Below, one piece after another: positions 1 to 15,739 of a DNA stretch of 64,000 nucleotides. Position 1 is the stretch's first letter. The number at the start of each line of letters is the position of its first letter. Made by a program: the position numbers and the translations under genes. Below the pieces are notes generated by a model. It was not told where the DNA came from, searched no databases, and worked only from the letters and a program-made list of their open reading frames with translations. The stretch lies in assembly GCF_009914755.1 (NCBI RefSeq), contig NC_060942.1; one strand, written 5' to 3'. The stretch is from the human T2T-CHM13v2.0 reference genome, Homo sapiens.

Positions 1-562
1 AATGTATTCCTGGTTGGTTGGGTTATGTATTTATCTTCTTTAAGGTAAAATGAAGATAGCAAAAACCATCAGAAAATTAAGCATGAAATGGAAATTCTGA
101 TGCCATTATCTTCACACACCATGTCGCCGATGTGCGAGTATAATATAGGAATGAAAGCATTGCTAGATGAACTTCAGTGACTTCTTTTGATCTCTTGAAA
201 TCTGTTTATTCTCTTGAACTGAAATAATTCCTGTGGCTTGGTTTGTTTATTAGCAATTGTTTTTCAAAGTTTGGGAAAATGTGGTTTAAAAAAAAAGCAA
301 ATGGTAAGAGTATCATTCCTCTGCCTGCTATTTGCAAGACACTAAAATGAACTAAAATTTACTTGAAAACACAGAATTCCAAAATGCTGTTTCCTATGTT
401 TAAAGGTATTATCAGTGTGGCAGCAATTTATGGGGAACTAGCTTATGATGTTGTAAGCCGCGGCTTTTTTTACCAAGTCATGAACTTGTGTTACTGAATA
501 AAGCAAAATATTCAAAAGACAGGATGGAGTCACACATGAATTTAAAGTGGGACGAAGGGTGG

Positions 563-1623
563 TGTTGTGGGAAGTTAGGGACCCCAAACGGAGGGACCAG
601 CTGGAGCCGTGGCAGAGGAACATAAATTGTGAAGATTTCATTTTAATATGGACATTTATCAGTTCCCAAATAATACCTTTATAATTTCTTATGCCTGTCT
701 TTACTTTAATCTCTTAATCCTGTTATCTTCATAAGCTGAGGATGTACGTCACCTCAAGACCACTGTGATAATTGTGTTAACTGTACAAATTGATTGTAAA
801 ACACGTATGTTTGAACAATATGAAATCAGTGCACCTTGAAAAAGAACAGAATAACAGCGATTTTTAGGGAACAAGGCAAGACAACCATAAGGTCTGACTG
901 CCTGCGGGGTTGGGCAAAAAGAGCCTTATTTTTCTTCTTGCAGAGAGCCTATAAATGCTAAATTCTTTTCCTAGCAAGGAATATTAATATTAATACCCTG
1001 GGAAAGGAATGCATTCCTGGGGGGAGGTCTATAAACAGCTGCTCTGGGAATGTCTGTATGATGCGGTTGAGATAAGGACTGAGATGTGCCCTGGTCTCCT
1101 GCAGTACCCTCAGGCTTACTAGGGTTGGGAAACTCCACCCTGGTAAATTTGTGGTCAGACAAGTTCTCTGTCTCAAACCCTGTTTTCTGTTATTTAAGAT
1201 GTTTATCAAGACAATACGTGCACCGCTGAACATAGACCCTTATTAGTAGCTCTGCTTTTGCCCTTTGCCCTGTGACCTTTGTTGGACCCTTATGAATAGT
1301 TCTGCTTTTGCCCTTTGTCCTGTTCCCTCAGAAGCATGTGATCTTTGTTAGATGCTTATTAGTTCTGCTTTTTGCCCTTTGAAGCGTGTGATCTTTGTAC
1401 CTACTCCCTGTTCTTACAGCCCCTCCCCTTTTGAAACCCTTAATAAAAACTTGCTGGTCTGAGACTCAGGCGGGCATCACAATCCTACCGATATGTGATG
1501 TCACCGCCAGTGGCCCAGCTGCAAAATTCCTCTCTTTGTACTGTCTCTCTTTATTTCTCAGCCGGCTGACACTTATAGAAAATAGAACCTACGTTGAAAT
1601 ATTGGGGGCAGGTTCCCCCAGTA
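563..1623 (+). mobile_element. MER11 solo LTR (HERV-K11/HML-8, MER11A-like)
   Basis: Starts TGTTGTGGGAAGTTAGGGACCCCAAACGGAGGGACC and ends GAAATATTGGGGGCAGGTTCCCCCAGTA like MER11; perfect 6-bp TSD GGGTGG at 557-562 and 1624-1629; AATAAA at 1442. Confidence 0.95.
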
Positions 1624-1869
1624 GGGTGGGGCTGTATAAGCTGAATGAAAAATCAGCTGCTCCAACACAGGTATTTCAATCACGCTGATCCATTCATGGC
1701 CATATGGCTGGTGGTCAACACAAATAAGTTATAGGTATGCAACAGTGGAGAGACTTCTGACTTACCTTCCCATCTCTCTCTCACCCCATCCCAACATTTT
1801 CTCTTCTGGTCATACCCATGGGGCTTCTGGCCTTTTCACCTGGCCTGCCGTTCATCTGCTTGCCCACTG

Positions 1870-2742
<873 letters not shown>

Positions 2743-3298
2743 ACTGGACTGGAGTCAGGCACTGGCCTGGTCCTCAGTGCTCTCCAGGACTGGTCTGCTC
2801 CCCACTTTGGTGTGTCTTTCTCTTGTGTCATTGTGTAATTACCTCCTCACTCGGTGCTGGGCTCCAGGTCCTAAGCTCAGCTTTGGCATCTGGCCAGCAC
2901 CCTGAGAGGACTGACCCCAGACCTCAGGAGCGATGACGGGACAATGTGAGTTTGCAGTAGGCAGCTTTACTCCCTAGGCTGCTCTTCCTGCAACTGGACC
3001 ACTCAGCAAGCCTGGGGTCTGTTAGCAAGGTCCTGTGTTCCCTGATCTCACAGCTGCTTCTGCTAGACGGGCACAGTCGAAAGGCCTCCACTGGCTGAGG
3101 GAAACACAGGGGTGAGAATTTCAGCTTCCTGAGGCTGAGCCACATCTGCCCTGTGTCAGTGTTGAGGTGGAACCTCAGAGAGATGTCCATCTAAACCCCA
3201 TTTTAAAGAAATTTTCTTTGATTTTGTCTCTAGGGATATAAAATATGAAAAACCTCAGAGATAGCAAAAGTGCCTAGAGGTCTTAGTTAAAAAGGAAG

Positions 3299-3805
3299 TG
3301 TATTAGTCAGTGATCTCCAGAGGAACAGAACCAATAGGTAGTGTATATACAGAAAGGGATTTATTATAAGGGATTGGCTCATGCAGTTACGAAGCCTGGT
3401 AAGTACCAAGATCTGCAGTCGGCAAGCTGGAGGCCCAGGAGAGTTGATGGCGCTAGTTTCAGTCTGAAAGCCAAGGCTCAAAACCCAAGAAGAGCCAATG
3501 TTTCCATTTGAGTCTGAAGGCAGGAGAAAATAAAAAAGAAAGAAAAATAATGTCCCAGCTTTGAAGGCAGTCAGGCAGGAAGAGTTCCCTTTTATTCAGA
3601 GAAGAATCAGCCTTTTTGTTTTATTCAGGTCATCAGTTGACAGAATGAAACCCACCCGCATTAGGGAAGGTAACCAACTTTACTCACACTACCAATCTGA
3701 ACGTTAATCTTGTCCAGAAACATCCTCACAGACACACAACAATGTGTGACCGAATGCCTAGGTACCCCACAACCAGTAAAGTCAACACATAAAATGGACC
3801 CCACA
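3299..3805 (-). mobile_element. MLT2-family solo LTR (ERVL)
   Basis: Reverse complement matches MLT2 termini (ATTTTATGTGTTGACT...CTGACTAATACA); near-perfect 5-bp TSD GGAAG/GGGAG. Confidence 0.85.
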
Positions 3806-3844
3806 GGGAGTGATGTCAGAGATGAGGGGTTGCAATGAGACTGC

Positions 3845-4020
3845 AATGTATCAATCCTGGCTGCACATCAGAATCACTCAGGGACTTTAAAAATAGCTGC
3901 CTGGAGCCCGCCCTAGGCCAATGATCAGAATCTCTGGGGAGTGGGGCCTGACATTTATATTTTTAAAAAGCTCCCCAGGTGATCCGGATATATAGTCAGA
4001 ATTGCAAAACCCTGGGCTAG
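3845..4020. mobile_element. MER5A hAT-Charlie fossil
   Basis: CCTGGCTGCACATCAGAATCAC...TCAGAATCTCTGGGGAGTGGGGCC...AAGCTCCCCAGGTGAT motifs. Confidence 0.8.
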
Positions 4021-4189
4021 AAGGAATATAATAAATGGCTGGATGAATGATGAATATGACTCATGCAGAGAAGGAATCCAGTTGGCACTAACCTAGGAAA
4101 TGAATTTTTAATAACTCTAATTCAGAATGCAAGAGGTTAAGTCAATTTCTTTGGTTTTCAGCATGGTGTGAGGACAGTGTCCTGGGAAG

Positions 4190-4325
4190 ATCATGGGCTT
4201 TAGGTTCAATCCCAGCCTTATCACAAGTTATTTAACCCTAAACTCCAGGTTCCTAATTGGGAAACTAGGTACAATGATACCTGAGAAAACGTTATTAAAA
4301 GGTCAGCACAGTGCCTGGCCCCTGA
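4190..4325 (+). mobile_element. MIR fragment
   Basis: GGTTCAATCCCAGC...CAAGTTATTTAACC core. Confidence 0.55.
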
Positions 4326-4847
4326 TACCTGCAAATGTCAGTCTCTTTTTCCTAACTCAGCAGGTATCAGATTCTTAAATTTAAGAATCAGAAACATTCT
4401 CATCATAAATGTAATCCCATCTGTGTTTTCAATAAATAATACATCACATACTGCATCTCCTTTAGTGGTCTTTTCAATCATGATAACAAAAACTCCTGTG
4501 GTTCATAAACAGAAAAAAAAATGTCAGATTTTGAACTTGGAAAGGAATGAAGGCAAGATTAAGCTTGAATTATTCATAGCGGTCTCAAAGTTGAAATCCT
4601 CCAGGGAATTCAAGTATTACCAAATATTGAGAAAAAGGAAAAAAAAAAAGACAGGAAAATAAAAGCATGGGAGGAAAAAGATTTAAGGTTATTTCTTTAA
4701 GTCAAATTTCAGACAGAGGAAGTAGGTCTAAATTCATTAATGTGTATAGATAGAGCTCCTTAGGAAATAATTTTGCCATAATAATGTATTTCACACTAAA
4801 ATAGGATTGAACTGCCTAATTCAGAAATGATTGTGTACCATACTTAT

Positions 4848-5625
<778 letters not shown>

Positions 5626-5984
5626 TTATGATTTTGTAGGTATTTATTCATCATTGAAAATCAGTCTCTTATATCATGAACACACTTTATATAGCAATAA
5701 TACTAGAACATGTTAACATTGTGAAATTGTTCACTTTGATACCATAGATATTAATTACCCACTGTAAGTATAGAGCTCCTTTGTTATTATGCAGTTATAC
5801 CTACACTTATACACATACCATGCATATATGAGCATGTTTCACCTACCTGAAAACTGACATGGAGTTGCATGGATTTCCTAGGCACAGATAAGCACAAGAA
5901 GGAGGAAAGATCATCTCTGTCCTCATTGCGCTAATGGGCTGACTGAGGCATGTGGCGGGGAGAAAAATGTGGGCAAAACTGGCT

Positions 5985-6155
5985 TCGAGACCTAGATCTT
6001 CTAATTACTAGCTGTGTGATCTGGAACAAGTTACTTAATTTCTCTGAACTTCAGTTCTCACCTCTGTAAATCGGGGTTAATAATACCCTCCCTGTAGCAT
6101 TCTTCTGAGGATTAAGTGAAATTAAGCATAAAGTGCCAAGCACATGGTAGACACT
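5985..6155 (+). mobile_element. MIR
   Basis: TACTAGCTGTGTGATCTGGAACAAGTTACTTAATTTCTCTGAACTTCAGT core. Confidence 0.8.
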
Positions 6156-6363
6156 TTTCCTTTCACATAAACCCTAGAAACAAATGTTTCCTGCAGGTGG
6201 TTTGGTATCCTTCTGCTTTGTTAAGTGGTGCAGCATGTTCATAAAATATTGAGCTTGAAAAACCAAGTCAACTAAAAATGAAAGTTCCAGGACTTCCACT
6301 TGTAGAAGATGAAGTGGACACACTTTTCCCCACTTCTCCTGCCAAGTATAACTAAAATCCTGA

Positions 6364-6763
<400 letters not shown>

Positions 6764-7648
6764 TAGACTTATAGTGAAGAAGACAACAACCTGGAAATGC
6801 CAAAGAGCACAGACAAAAAAAAAATATCCGAAAAAAGCTCATCTCTTCAGGAATGAAGCAGCCTAGCAAAATAGAAAACTTTTCAATAATACATGCTCAA
6901 CACCAGCCAAAAACCACAGAATCCCCACCTCCACCCATGCCAGCAAAGCCTGGGTGGGGAACCTAGACTGTCCTCACCTGTTGGGCTGTACCCCACTGGG
7001 GTGGGGTAAGAGAATGCTTAGTGGAGTGACTGGATTTTTACTACTGCCTACCCATAATGGAGCCACCCCTACTGCGCTATCAAAAGAACCACACAGAGAG
7101 CTGGAATTTCTATCCCTTCCCACCAATAATGCTTAATAATTAGCAATAATAATGATGATACCACTCAGGTATCAATGGAGATCCAGTAGAAACCTGGACT
7201 TCTGCATCCACCTAAGCAGTAATGAGGTGATGCCTACCCGTCCCTTGCTGAAGTCCTGCCAGAGAAAGCCAGCTTAAAACAAAAGGTTTTGATGTGATTC
7301 AGAGTCTAGTAACATAATACTAAAATATCCTGGTTTCAGCTGAAATCACTTGTCATATCAAGAGACAGGAAGATCTTAAATGCAATGAAAAATGACAATC
7401 AATAGATGCCAAGACTGAGATGATAGAGATTTTAGGATTACCTGACAAAGATTAAAAAGCAGCCATGATAAATCACTTCAATGAGCAATTATTAATATGT
7501 TTCAAACAAAGAGAAAAAAAAGCCTTGGAAAAGAAACTGACTATCTCAGAGAAGAAATAGATGACCTAAAGAAGAACCAGATGAAAATTTAGAACTAAAA
7601 AATAAATAACCAAAGTTATTTATCAATCAAACTCATTGGAACAGAGCA

Positions 7649-7875
7649 GGCTGAGCACAGTGGCTCACGCCTGTAATTCCAGCACTCTGGGAAACCAAGA
7701 TGGGTGGATCGCTTGAGCCCAGACATCTGAGACATGCCTGGGAAACATGGTGAAACCTCATCTCTACAAAAAAATACAAAGATTAGCCAGGCGTAGTGGC
7801 ATGCACCTGTAGTTCCTGGGCAAAAAAGTGAAATCCTGTCTCAAAAACCAGAAACAAACAAAAAACAAAAACAAA
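7649..7875 (+). mobile_element. AluJ with right-arm deletion, inside L1
   Basis: GCTTGAGCCCAG left arm; right arm jumps from CCTGTAGTT to CCTGGGC; TSD GAACAGAG. Confidence 0.85.
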
Positions 7876-9576
7876 GAACAGAGAAAATAGGGAGAGAATC
7901 AGTGAACTGGAAAACAAAACAGTAAAAATGACCAATCTGAATAACAGAGCGAATATAGATTGAAAAGCAAATAACAGAGCCTCAGGGATTTGTGGACTAA
8001 AACAAAAAATCTAACATTTATGTCATAAGTGTCCTAGAAGGAGAGGAGAAAGGAGGAGCAGATAGAAAAGTAATAGAAGAAAAAATGGCTGAACACTTCC
8101 CAAGTTTGGCAAGAGAAATGAACCTACATATTCAGAAGATGAGTGAACTCCAAACAGGATAAAGCCAAAAAAATACACATCAAGACACATCCTAATTAAA
8201 CTTCCAAAAACAAAGGACAAAGAAAACATTTTAAAAGCAGCAAGATAAAAAAACACCTTACTTATATTGGAAAGACAATTTGAATGATGGTGATTTTATC
8301 ATCAGAAAATATGGAAGCCAGAAGGAAGAGGTGAGAGAGTTTTCAAGTGCTGAAAGAAAATAACTGATAACCCAGAGTCCTATATCCAGCAAAAATATCC
8401 TTCAGAAATGAAAGGGGAAAGGAAGACACTCTCAGAGGAAGGAAAACTAAGTGATATCTCCAACAGTCCTAATCTGAAAAATTAGCTAAAGAAAGTGCTC
8501 TAAACAGAAAAAAAAAAAAGAAAGAAAACAAAACCTTCAATATTAGGAAGGAAGAACAAAGCAAACAAAAATATAGGTAAATGCAATAGCCTTTTCTCTT
8601 CCTCTTGAGTTTTCTAAATTATGCTTGATGATAAGGCAAAAATTATAAAACTGTTTGGTCTGGTTCTTAATGTATATAGGTAAATTTAAAGACAAACATA
8701 TTATAAATGGAAAGGATAAAGGGAGGTAAAGTTTCCGTACTTCACTAGAACTAGCGAAATGACAATAGAGGTAGGCTTTGATAAGTTATGTAGACACATA
8801 ATCCAGCACCTAAAGCAACCACTAAAAAAGTCATGCAAAGGGACTCACTAGAAACCACTATAGATATATCAAAACAAAATTCTAAAAATTGTTCAGATAA
8901 CCCACTGGCAGGCAAAAAAATGAAAACAGAGCTATAAAAAACAGGTAACAATGACAAAAAATAAAACAGCAGACCTAAGCCCTAACATATCAATAATTAC
9001 ATTTAAAGCATTACGATTTAAAGATGGAGAACAGCATAGTTGATTAAAAACATATGACTCAATTATACGCTGTCTCCAAGAAACTCATTTCAAATATAAC
9101 ATACAGGAAGGTTGAAAGTAAGAAGATAGAAGAAGGTATACCACACAAACATTAATCAAAGGAATTAACTGAACGACAAAAATACAAATGATCTCATTTG
9201 AATATGGGCAGAAGACATGAAGAGACATTTGACTGAAGAAGACAGATGGATGGCAAATAAACACATAGAAAGATATTCAACATCACTAGCCATTAGGGTA
9301 ATGTAAATCAAAGGCATAATGACATACCACTAGACATCTATCAGAATGGCTGACATAAAAAACGGTGACCCCACAAATGCTGGAGAGGATGTAAGAAAGC
9401 TAGATCACTCATATGCTGCTGGTGAGAATGTAAAATGGTACAGTCACTCTGGAAAATAGTTTGGCAGTTTCTAAAACAATGGAACATAAAATGGCTATAT
9501 GACTCAGCAATTTCACTTCTAGGCACTTATTCTAGAGAAAGGATGATTTATGTTTACACAAAAATATGTACATACT

Positions 9577-9702
9577 GGTCAGGCACAGTGCTACGATCCC
9601 AGCACTTTCGGAGGCCAAGGCAGGAGAACTGTTTGAGGCCAGGAGCTCAAGACCAGCCTAGGCAACATAATGAGACCCCATCTCTATAAAAAATTTAAAA
9701 AA
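9577..9702 (+). mobile_element. FLAM/left Alu monomer inside L1
   Basis: Single left arm with A-tail, flanked by TGTACAT repeats. Confidence 0.82.
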
Positions 9703-10334
9703 GCATCTGTACATGAATGTTTATAGCAGTTTTATTCATAATGCCCCCAACCTGGAAATAATTCAGATGTCCTTAGACAGTGAATAGCTAAATAAACTAT
9801 GATACAGTACATATAACCTGATGGAATACTACTCACCAATAAAAAGGAATGAAGTACTGATACATGCAACAGTCTTAATGAATCTCTAGACAATTATGCT
9901 CAGTGGGGTTGGGGAACACCAATCATGAATGGTTATATACTCTATGATTCCATTGATACAACATTCTTGAAATGACAAAACTATAGAAATGGAGAACATA
10001 TTAGTGGTTGCCAGTGATGAGGAAGTAGGTGGAGGAAAGGGGAAGAAAATATGTGGAATCTTTGTGATAACAGGCATTTTTTGTATCTTGACTTTGTCAG
10101 TGTCAATATTCTGGTTGTGATACTGTACTACAGTTTTGTAAGATGTTACCACTGGGAGGAACTGGGTAAGGGGTACACAGGAACTCTATATTATTTCTTA
10201 CAACTGCATGTGAATTTACAATGATTTCCAAAATAAAATTTAATTTTCAAATGGGAAGCTTCAGGGGTGACTTGCAAATTGGTAAAGAGAGTAAGCAAAA
10301 GCAAAACAAAATAAATGAACAAAAACCAAACTTG

Positions 10335-10741
<407 letters not shown>

Positions 10742-11159
10742 TTAGGAAAGGGCGGCCCAGAGATGAAGTGACTTGCCCAAGGATAAAGCTGGGCCTCTAA
10801 CCCCCAAACAGGCTTGTTCTCAGACACCCAGCCTGCAGACCACAGCAAACAGGTGCTGCTTCTCTAGAACTGCTGATTAAGGTCCAGTAATACATTTGTG
10901 AGGGTGGCCAAGAGATTTCAAGCACCTTTTAAAACTGTGCAATCACCTGCAAAGCAAGGAAGGATTGCAGGAGTTATTTCCTAATATTTCACTTGGAATA
11001 TTCAAATGCTTCTCTGCACCTAATAAAACTACTGTCCCAAAGACAAGAGGATCCTAATTTTCAAAGGTTACATTCAAAATGCATCAGTGCAAACATGGAA
11101 TGAAGCTATTATTTATGTCACCAGCATTACATACACTGGAGAGCCAAGGCAATGGCAAA

Positions 11160-11360
11160 CATTTGCAGGAAGCTTTGCAGTTTACTAACATTATTTCATT
11201 TGATTGCAGCAACAGTTCTGTGTGATGTGGGAATTAATGCCGTTTCCATTTTACAGATAAGGCAACTACCCCCTCACTAAAGTGAACAGACAACTCGAAG
11301 TCAGGAACTAGCAAACCGCAGAACGAGGGCTCCTACCTAGATTTTCTATCCTCAGTTACT
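11160..11360 (-). mobile_element. MIR
   Basis: CCATTTTACAGATAAGGCAACT reverse core. Confidence 0.65.
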
Positions 11361-13054
11361 GCTGCCTTTTCCTTGTATCATTGTGATATCTCTTCTCCTA
11401 GGCCTAGGGATGAGGTAGCGCCTAAATCGTTACAAAGCTAACTCCATCCCAGATATAAATTCCAGTCTCTAGATGCAAGTTAGGCCTAACTCCTTACCAC
11501 CCTCCTCAAGAGCTTCTCTGCACCATCACATCATTTTGTACAAGATGCTGTTATTGTGGCTTACTGAACTATAATTATTTGTTTACCTGTCATAGACTAA
11601 TATTTGTATCCCCTACAACAGATGGCTATAAAATTGACTTAAATTTGTAAAAGTTGCCCCTCTTGTCATCTACACACATTGGGCTGTATGTACGAAGTCA
11701 TGACTTCATGACTTCTAAGAAATTTAAAAGGCTTTTCATTTAGACCTTTGGAAGTTCCTCCAAGGCACTGGGGCAAGCAGGTATGTGTCAGCAGAGAAAA
11801 GGAAGTGGCTCTTCAGGATCTAAGAGAAGTGGAAAAAATAGCTTCACAACTTTTCTGGCAAAATGTGCAGTAACACTGAGGTTTATTCAGTTGCCTGTCA
11901 TAGTAACTTATGAACCTAATTACACTGTAATGCACATCTGCCTTTCTTCAACTACTCAATACTTTGGTGTTGAATATGTTTGGCTTAAAATAAGTTTGGA
12001 CTGAAGAAAAATAATGAGAAATGATAATCAATAGTACTAGTTCCTTGTCAGACTACTGATTTTCACAACCTTTAACTGAGTTATCATCATGCTAGTAGAT
12101 GTGGGTGAAATATTTGTGGGGAGATGACTCAACTTTTAAACCTCTTTGTCTAGATTCTCCAGTTCCTGTTGTATTAAAGAAACCAAAAAATCTAACAGAT
12201 AACAATGCAAACCTGACATTTTACAAGTGTTGACACCCCCCCAAAAAAATTCATTTTGGGGATTGTTTCATCAAAAAGAAAAAACAAGCTGAAAACAGTA
12301 AAGAGCAGCCAGGGATCTAGTGAAGAACTGATCCCACACTGGCTGCTGGAGGTGACTGAAACACTCAACAGAACTGGGGATTATGAGATGATCTGATATA
12401 GAGGGAAGGATGAAAAGCAGGATGAATCAGGTCAGAGGCTGACGAGAGATATAATGGGAGTCAATGCAAGGCTCTCTGTGACTTATGGGTCTCTTTAACT
12501 GCTCCCTCAACATTTTGGTTAAATGGCTTGTTATTATATCCTAGAGGAATTCCATGACTCATTGAAAATGGCTTCTGTGCCTCCTCTCTGGTAGGGAATC
12601 TCTTTCATTATGAGCAAGAGGTAACTCCAAGTTTCCATTCACATTATAAAGCTTTGGGACTCCTCCACCGCCATGCTGGGCGGTGCCATGGGCCCCTGCC
12701 ACGGCACAAACACTGTTCAGATCCTTCCCTTTGGGGGTCATGGGGAAGGCACCAGCTCTAGGGAAGATTAAGGTCCTTCAGGTCTCTGTACTTAAAGTTT
12801 TAAAATATAATATAATAATTAAATTTAGAAGACCTATCTTGCCTTACACTCTGGAGAGCATGAGATGAAGCTTGGCAAGCTAACAGGTGGGGGCGGTGGG
12901 GGGTGGGGGCAGAGGGTTGGTAGAAAAGGAAGAAGGAAGGGAAGGGCATTCCAGGCAGAGGGTCTAGCATGGGCAAGGGCATGGATGTGTGGGAAAGTAT
13001 ACCAGGTTTAAAGAACTGCAGTAATTAGCAATCATTCATTAACTTTACATATAT

Positions 13055-13092
13055 ACACACACATGCACCCAGACACACACACACACACACAC
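13055..13092. repeat. Imperfect (CA)n microsatellite
   Basis: Direct reading. Confidence 0.85.
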
Positions 13093-13454
13093 TCATTCAT
13101 CACTTAATGATAGGGAGATGTTCTGAGAAATGCATGGTTGTGATTTCATCATCATGCAAACATCACAGAGTGTACTTACACAAACCTAGATGTATAGCCT
13201 ACTACACAGCTAGGCTATTGCTACGAGGCTACAAACCTATACAGCATGCTACTGTACTGAATACTGTAAGCAACTGTAACACAATGTTAAGTATTTGTGT
13301 ATCTGAGCATATCTAAACATAGAAAAGGTACAATAAAAATATGATATAAAAGATAAACAATGATACACCTGTATAAGGCAACGCCATCATAATCTTACAG
13401 GACCACATATGCAGTCTGTCATTGACCAAAACATCATTATGCAGTGCATGACTA
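13090..13454 (+). mobile_element. Tigger3a/MER7-type TcMar fossil
   Basis: GTTCTGAGAAATGC...GTGTACTTACACAAACCTAGATG...TTATGCAGTGCATGACT with decayed TIRs. Confidence 0.88.
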
Positions 13455-14069
13455 TGTGTGTTTTTTCTTAGCACTTGAGCTAGGCATTGTTCTAAAGGTT
13501 ATAGTGGTGACCAACACAGACAAGTTCCCTTCCCCTAAGGACCACCGCCAAGCCACAGTTCCCAAGGCCATCATCAACATGCCTGTCTAGTGACTGGGGC
13601 AGAGACTTATCTTGCCCTACCTTCTGGGCAGGAAGGGGCAGGAAGAGATCATCATGGGAAGTGGACACAGTAGAGGTGCTGAAATAGTGGAGCCAGCGTT
13701 AGAAACACGATACACAGAACAGAAATTTCATTTCTGAGGCCTGTTGCTGTCAGCAAGTTCCAAGAAACACTGGTCATTGCTGTAGCAACTGATTTCACAT
13801 GCATCAGGAGAAATCGTAACAGTATTAGTTCTCCCTGGAGACGGACAAAATTGGAACTGTCCACAATTAGAGAGTGTTCCCCATTTCTTCTAATGTTGCT
13901 GCTGGTGGCTTGAAACTTTTGCCTTCCTCTAACCACTTTGGGCGATTCAGTCCTCGGAGGCCTCCCATTTTTGTCCCTGAGGAGGATGGTCCTGCCCCGC
14001 ACAGCTAAGCCATGTGTGGGCTGCTCTAAGGCCCAAGAAGCCAGGGTGAGGGAGGGGTGAAGAACACAG

Positions 14070-14285
14070 TGAGAAATGGCAGGATTCAGAGTTTAAAGTT
14101 CTGGGCTTGGGCACCAGTTCTACAGTTAGCCGTGTGACCCTTAAGTGATTTGCTTAACCTCTCTGTACCTCTGCTTCTCTATTTGAAAATAGTGTTATTA
14201 ATATCTCTCTCATTGGATCAGCATGTGGAGCAAAGTAGATAATGGGTATGGAGATACTTTGTAAGTTTAAGAGCCACATAAACAC
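14070..14285 (+). mobile_element. MIR
   Basis: TAGCCGTGTGACC...TGCTTAACCTCTCTGTACCTC core. Confidence 0.7.
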
Positions 14286-14461
14286 CAAGTATTTGCCTAA
14301 AATAAAGGATCTTTTCTTCATTTTAAGAGATAAAATATCCCAAATGGTGATATTTCTTTAAAAAGTCCTTACCATGGTCTTCAGTTTACTTCTACCTATA
14401 TTAAGGAATTCAAGGAAACTATCAGTGAAAGTACAAACTAACTCAATCCTGGGTCTGTCTC

Positions 14462-15011
14462 TGTCAGAGGCATGTGAACCAGAACAACTCCATCTTAAAT
14501 AGGAGCTGGGTAAAATGAGGCTGAAACCTACTGGGCTGCATTCCCAGATGGTTAAGGCATTCTAAATCACAGGATAAGATAGGAGGTCAGCACAAAATAC
14601 AGGTCATAAAGACCTTGCTGATAAAACAGGTTGCAGTGAAGGAGCCGGCCAAAATCCACCAAAACCAAGATGGCGATGAGAGTGACCTCTGGTCGTCCTG
14701 ACTGCTACACTCCCACCAGCGCCATGACAGTTTACAGATGCCATGGCAACATCAGGAAGTTACCAGATATGGTCTAAAAAGGGGAGACATGAATAATCCA
14801 CCCCTTGTTGAGCATATCATCAAGAAATAACCATAAAAATGGGCAACCAGCAGCCCTCAGGGCTACTCTATGCAGTAGCCATTCTTTCATTCCTTTAGTT
14901 TCTTAATAAACTTGCTTTCACTTTACACTGAGGACTCGCCCTGAATTCTTTCTTGTGCGAGATCCAAGAACCCTGTCTTGGGGTCTGGATCAGGACCCCT
15001 TTCCTTTAACA
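14462..15011 (+). mobile_element. MER41A solo LTR inserted into a MIR
   Basis: TGTCAGAGGC...CCTTTAACA, 550 bp; TSD TCTC/CCTC; MIR core resumes at ~15030-15105. Confidence 0.93.
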
Positions 15012-15175
15012 CCTCTGCCCTCATTGGTAGTCAGTCATGTGATCTGGGACAAGTCAGTTAACCATTTAGATCCTCAGGTTCCTCATCCACAAAATGAAAA
15101 GAGCTGATGTAGGGATTGGCTAATATATCTTAAAATTATCTGGAAAATATCCAATCAATGTAAGGCATCATACTT

Positions 15176-15227
15176 CTATTCTATTCTATTCTATTCTATT
15201 CTATTCTATTCTATTCTATTCTATTCT
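15176..15227. repeat. (CTATT)~10 pentanucleotide microsatellite derived from an Alu tail
   Basis: Direct reading. Confidence 0.95.
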
Positions 15228-15228
15228 A

Positions 15229-15520
<292 letters not shown>

Positions 15521-15739
15521 TGTATATATTTTAAATGATACAGAGTCATTATCTGAGTTTGAAGTCAAAATGTTTCTATCAAAACGCTTCTAACAAAACA
15601 TTTGCTGTCAACAATCTTTATACAGGAAGAACTCTGAAATGAACTGCAGTTGAATATCTACCTTCTTAAGCAGATGCAGAGTGAGATAAAAATAATTTTT
15701 GTAGATGTGCTGAATGTCTGGGATTGTTGATATGTCATC

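Noticed and set aside
1240-1400. Short repeats TTCTGCTTTTGCCCTTTG with spacers (CRISPR-like look)
   Set aside because: Intrinsic tandem repeats of the MER11 LTR; eukaryotic context with no cas genes.
1760-1850. Perfect minus-strand donor AAG|GTAAGT at 1766
   Set aside because: No convincing acceptor is paired with it, and the nearby ATG frame hits a stop before the donor.
11694-11707. 14-bp palindrome GAAGTCATGACTTC
   Set aside because: Several of this length are expected by chance in 64 kb.
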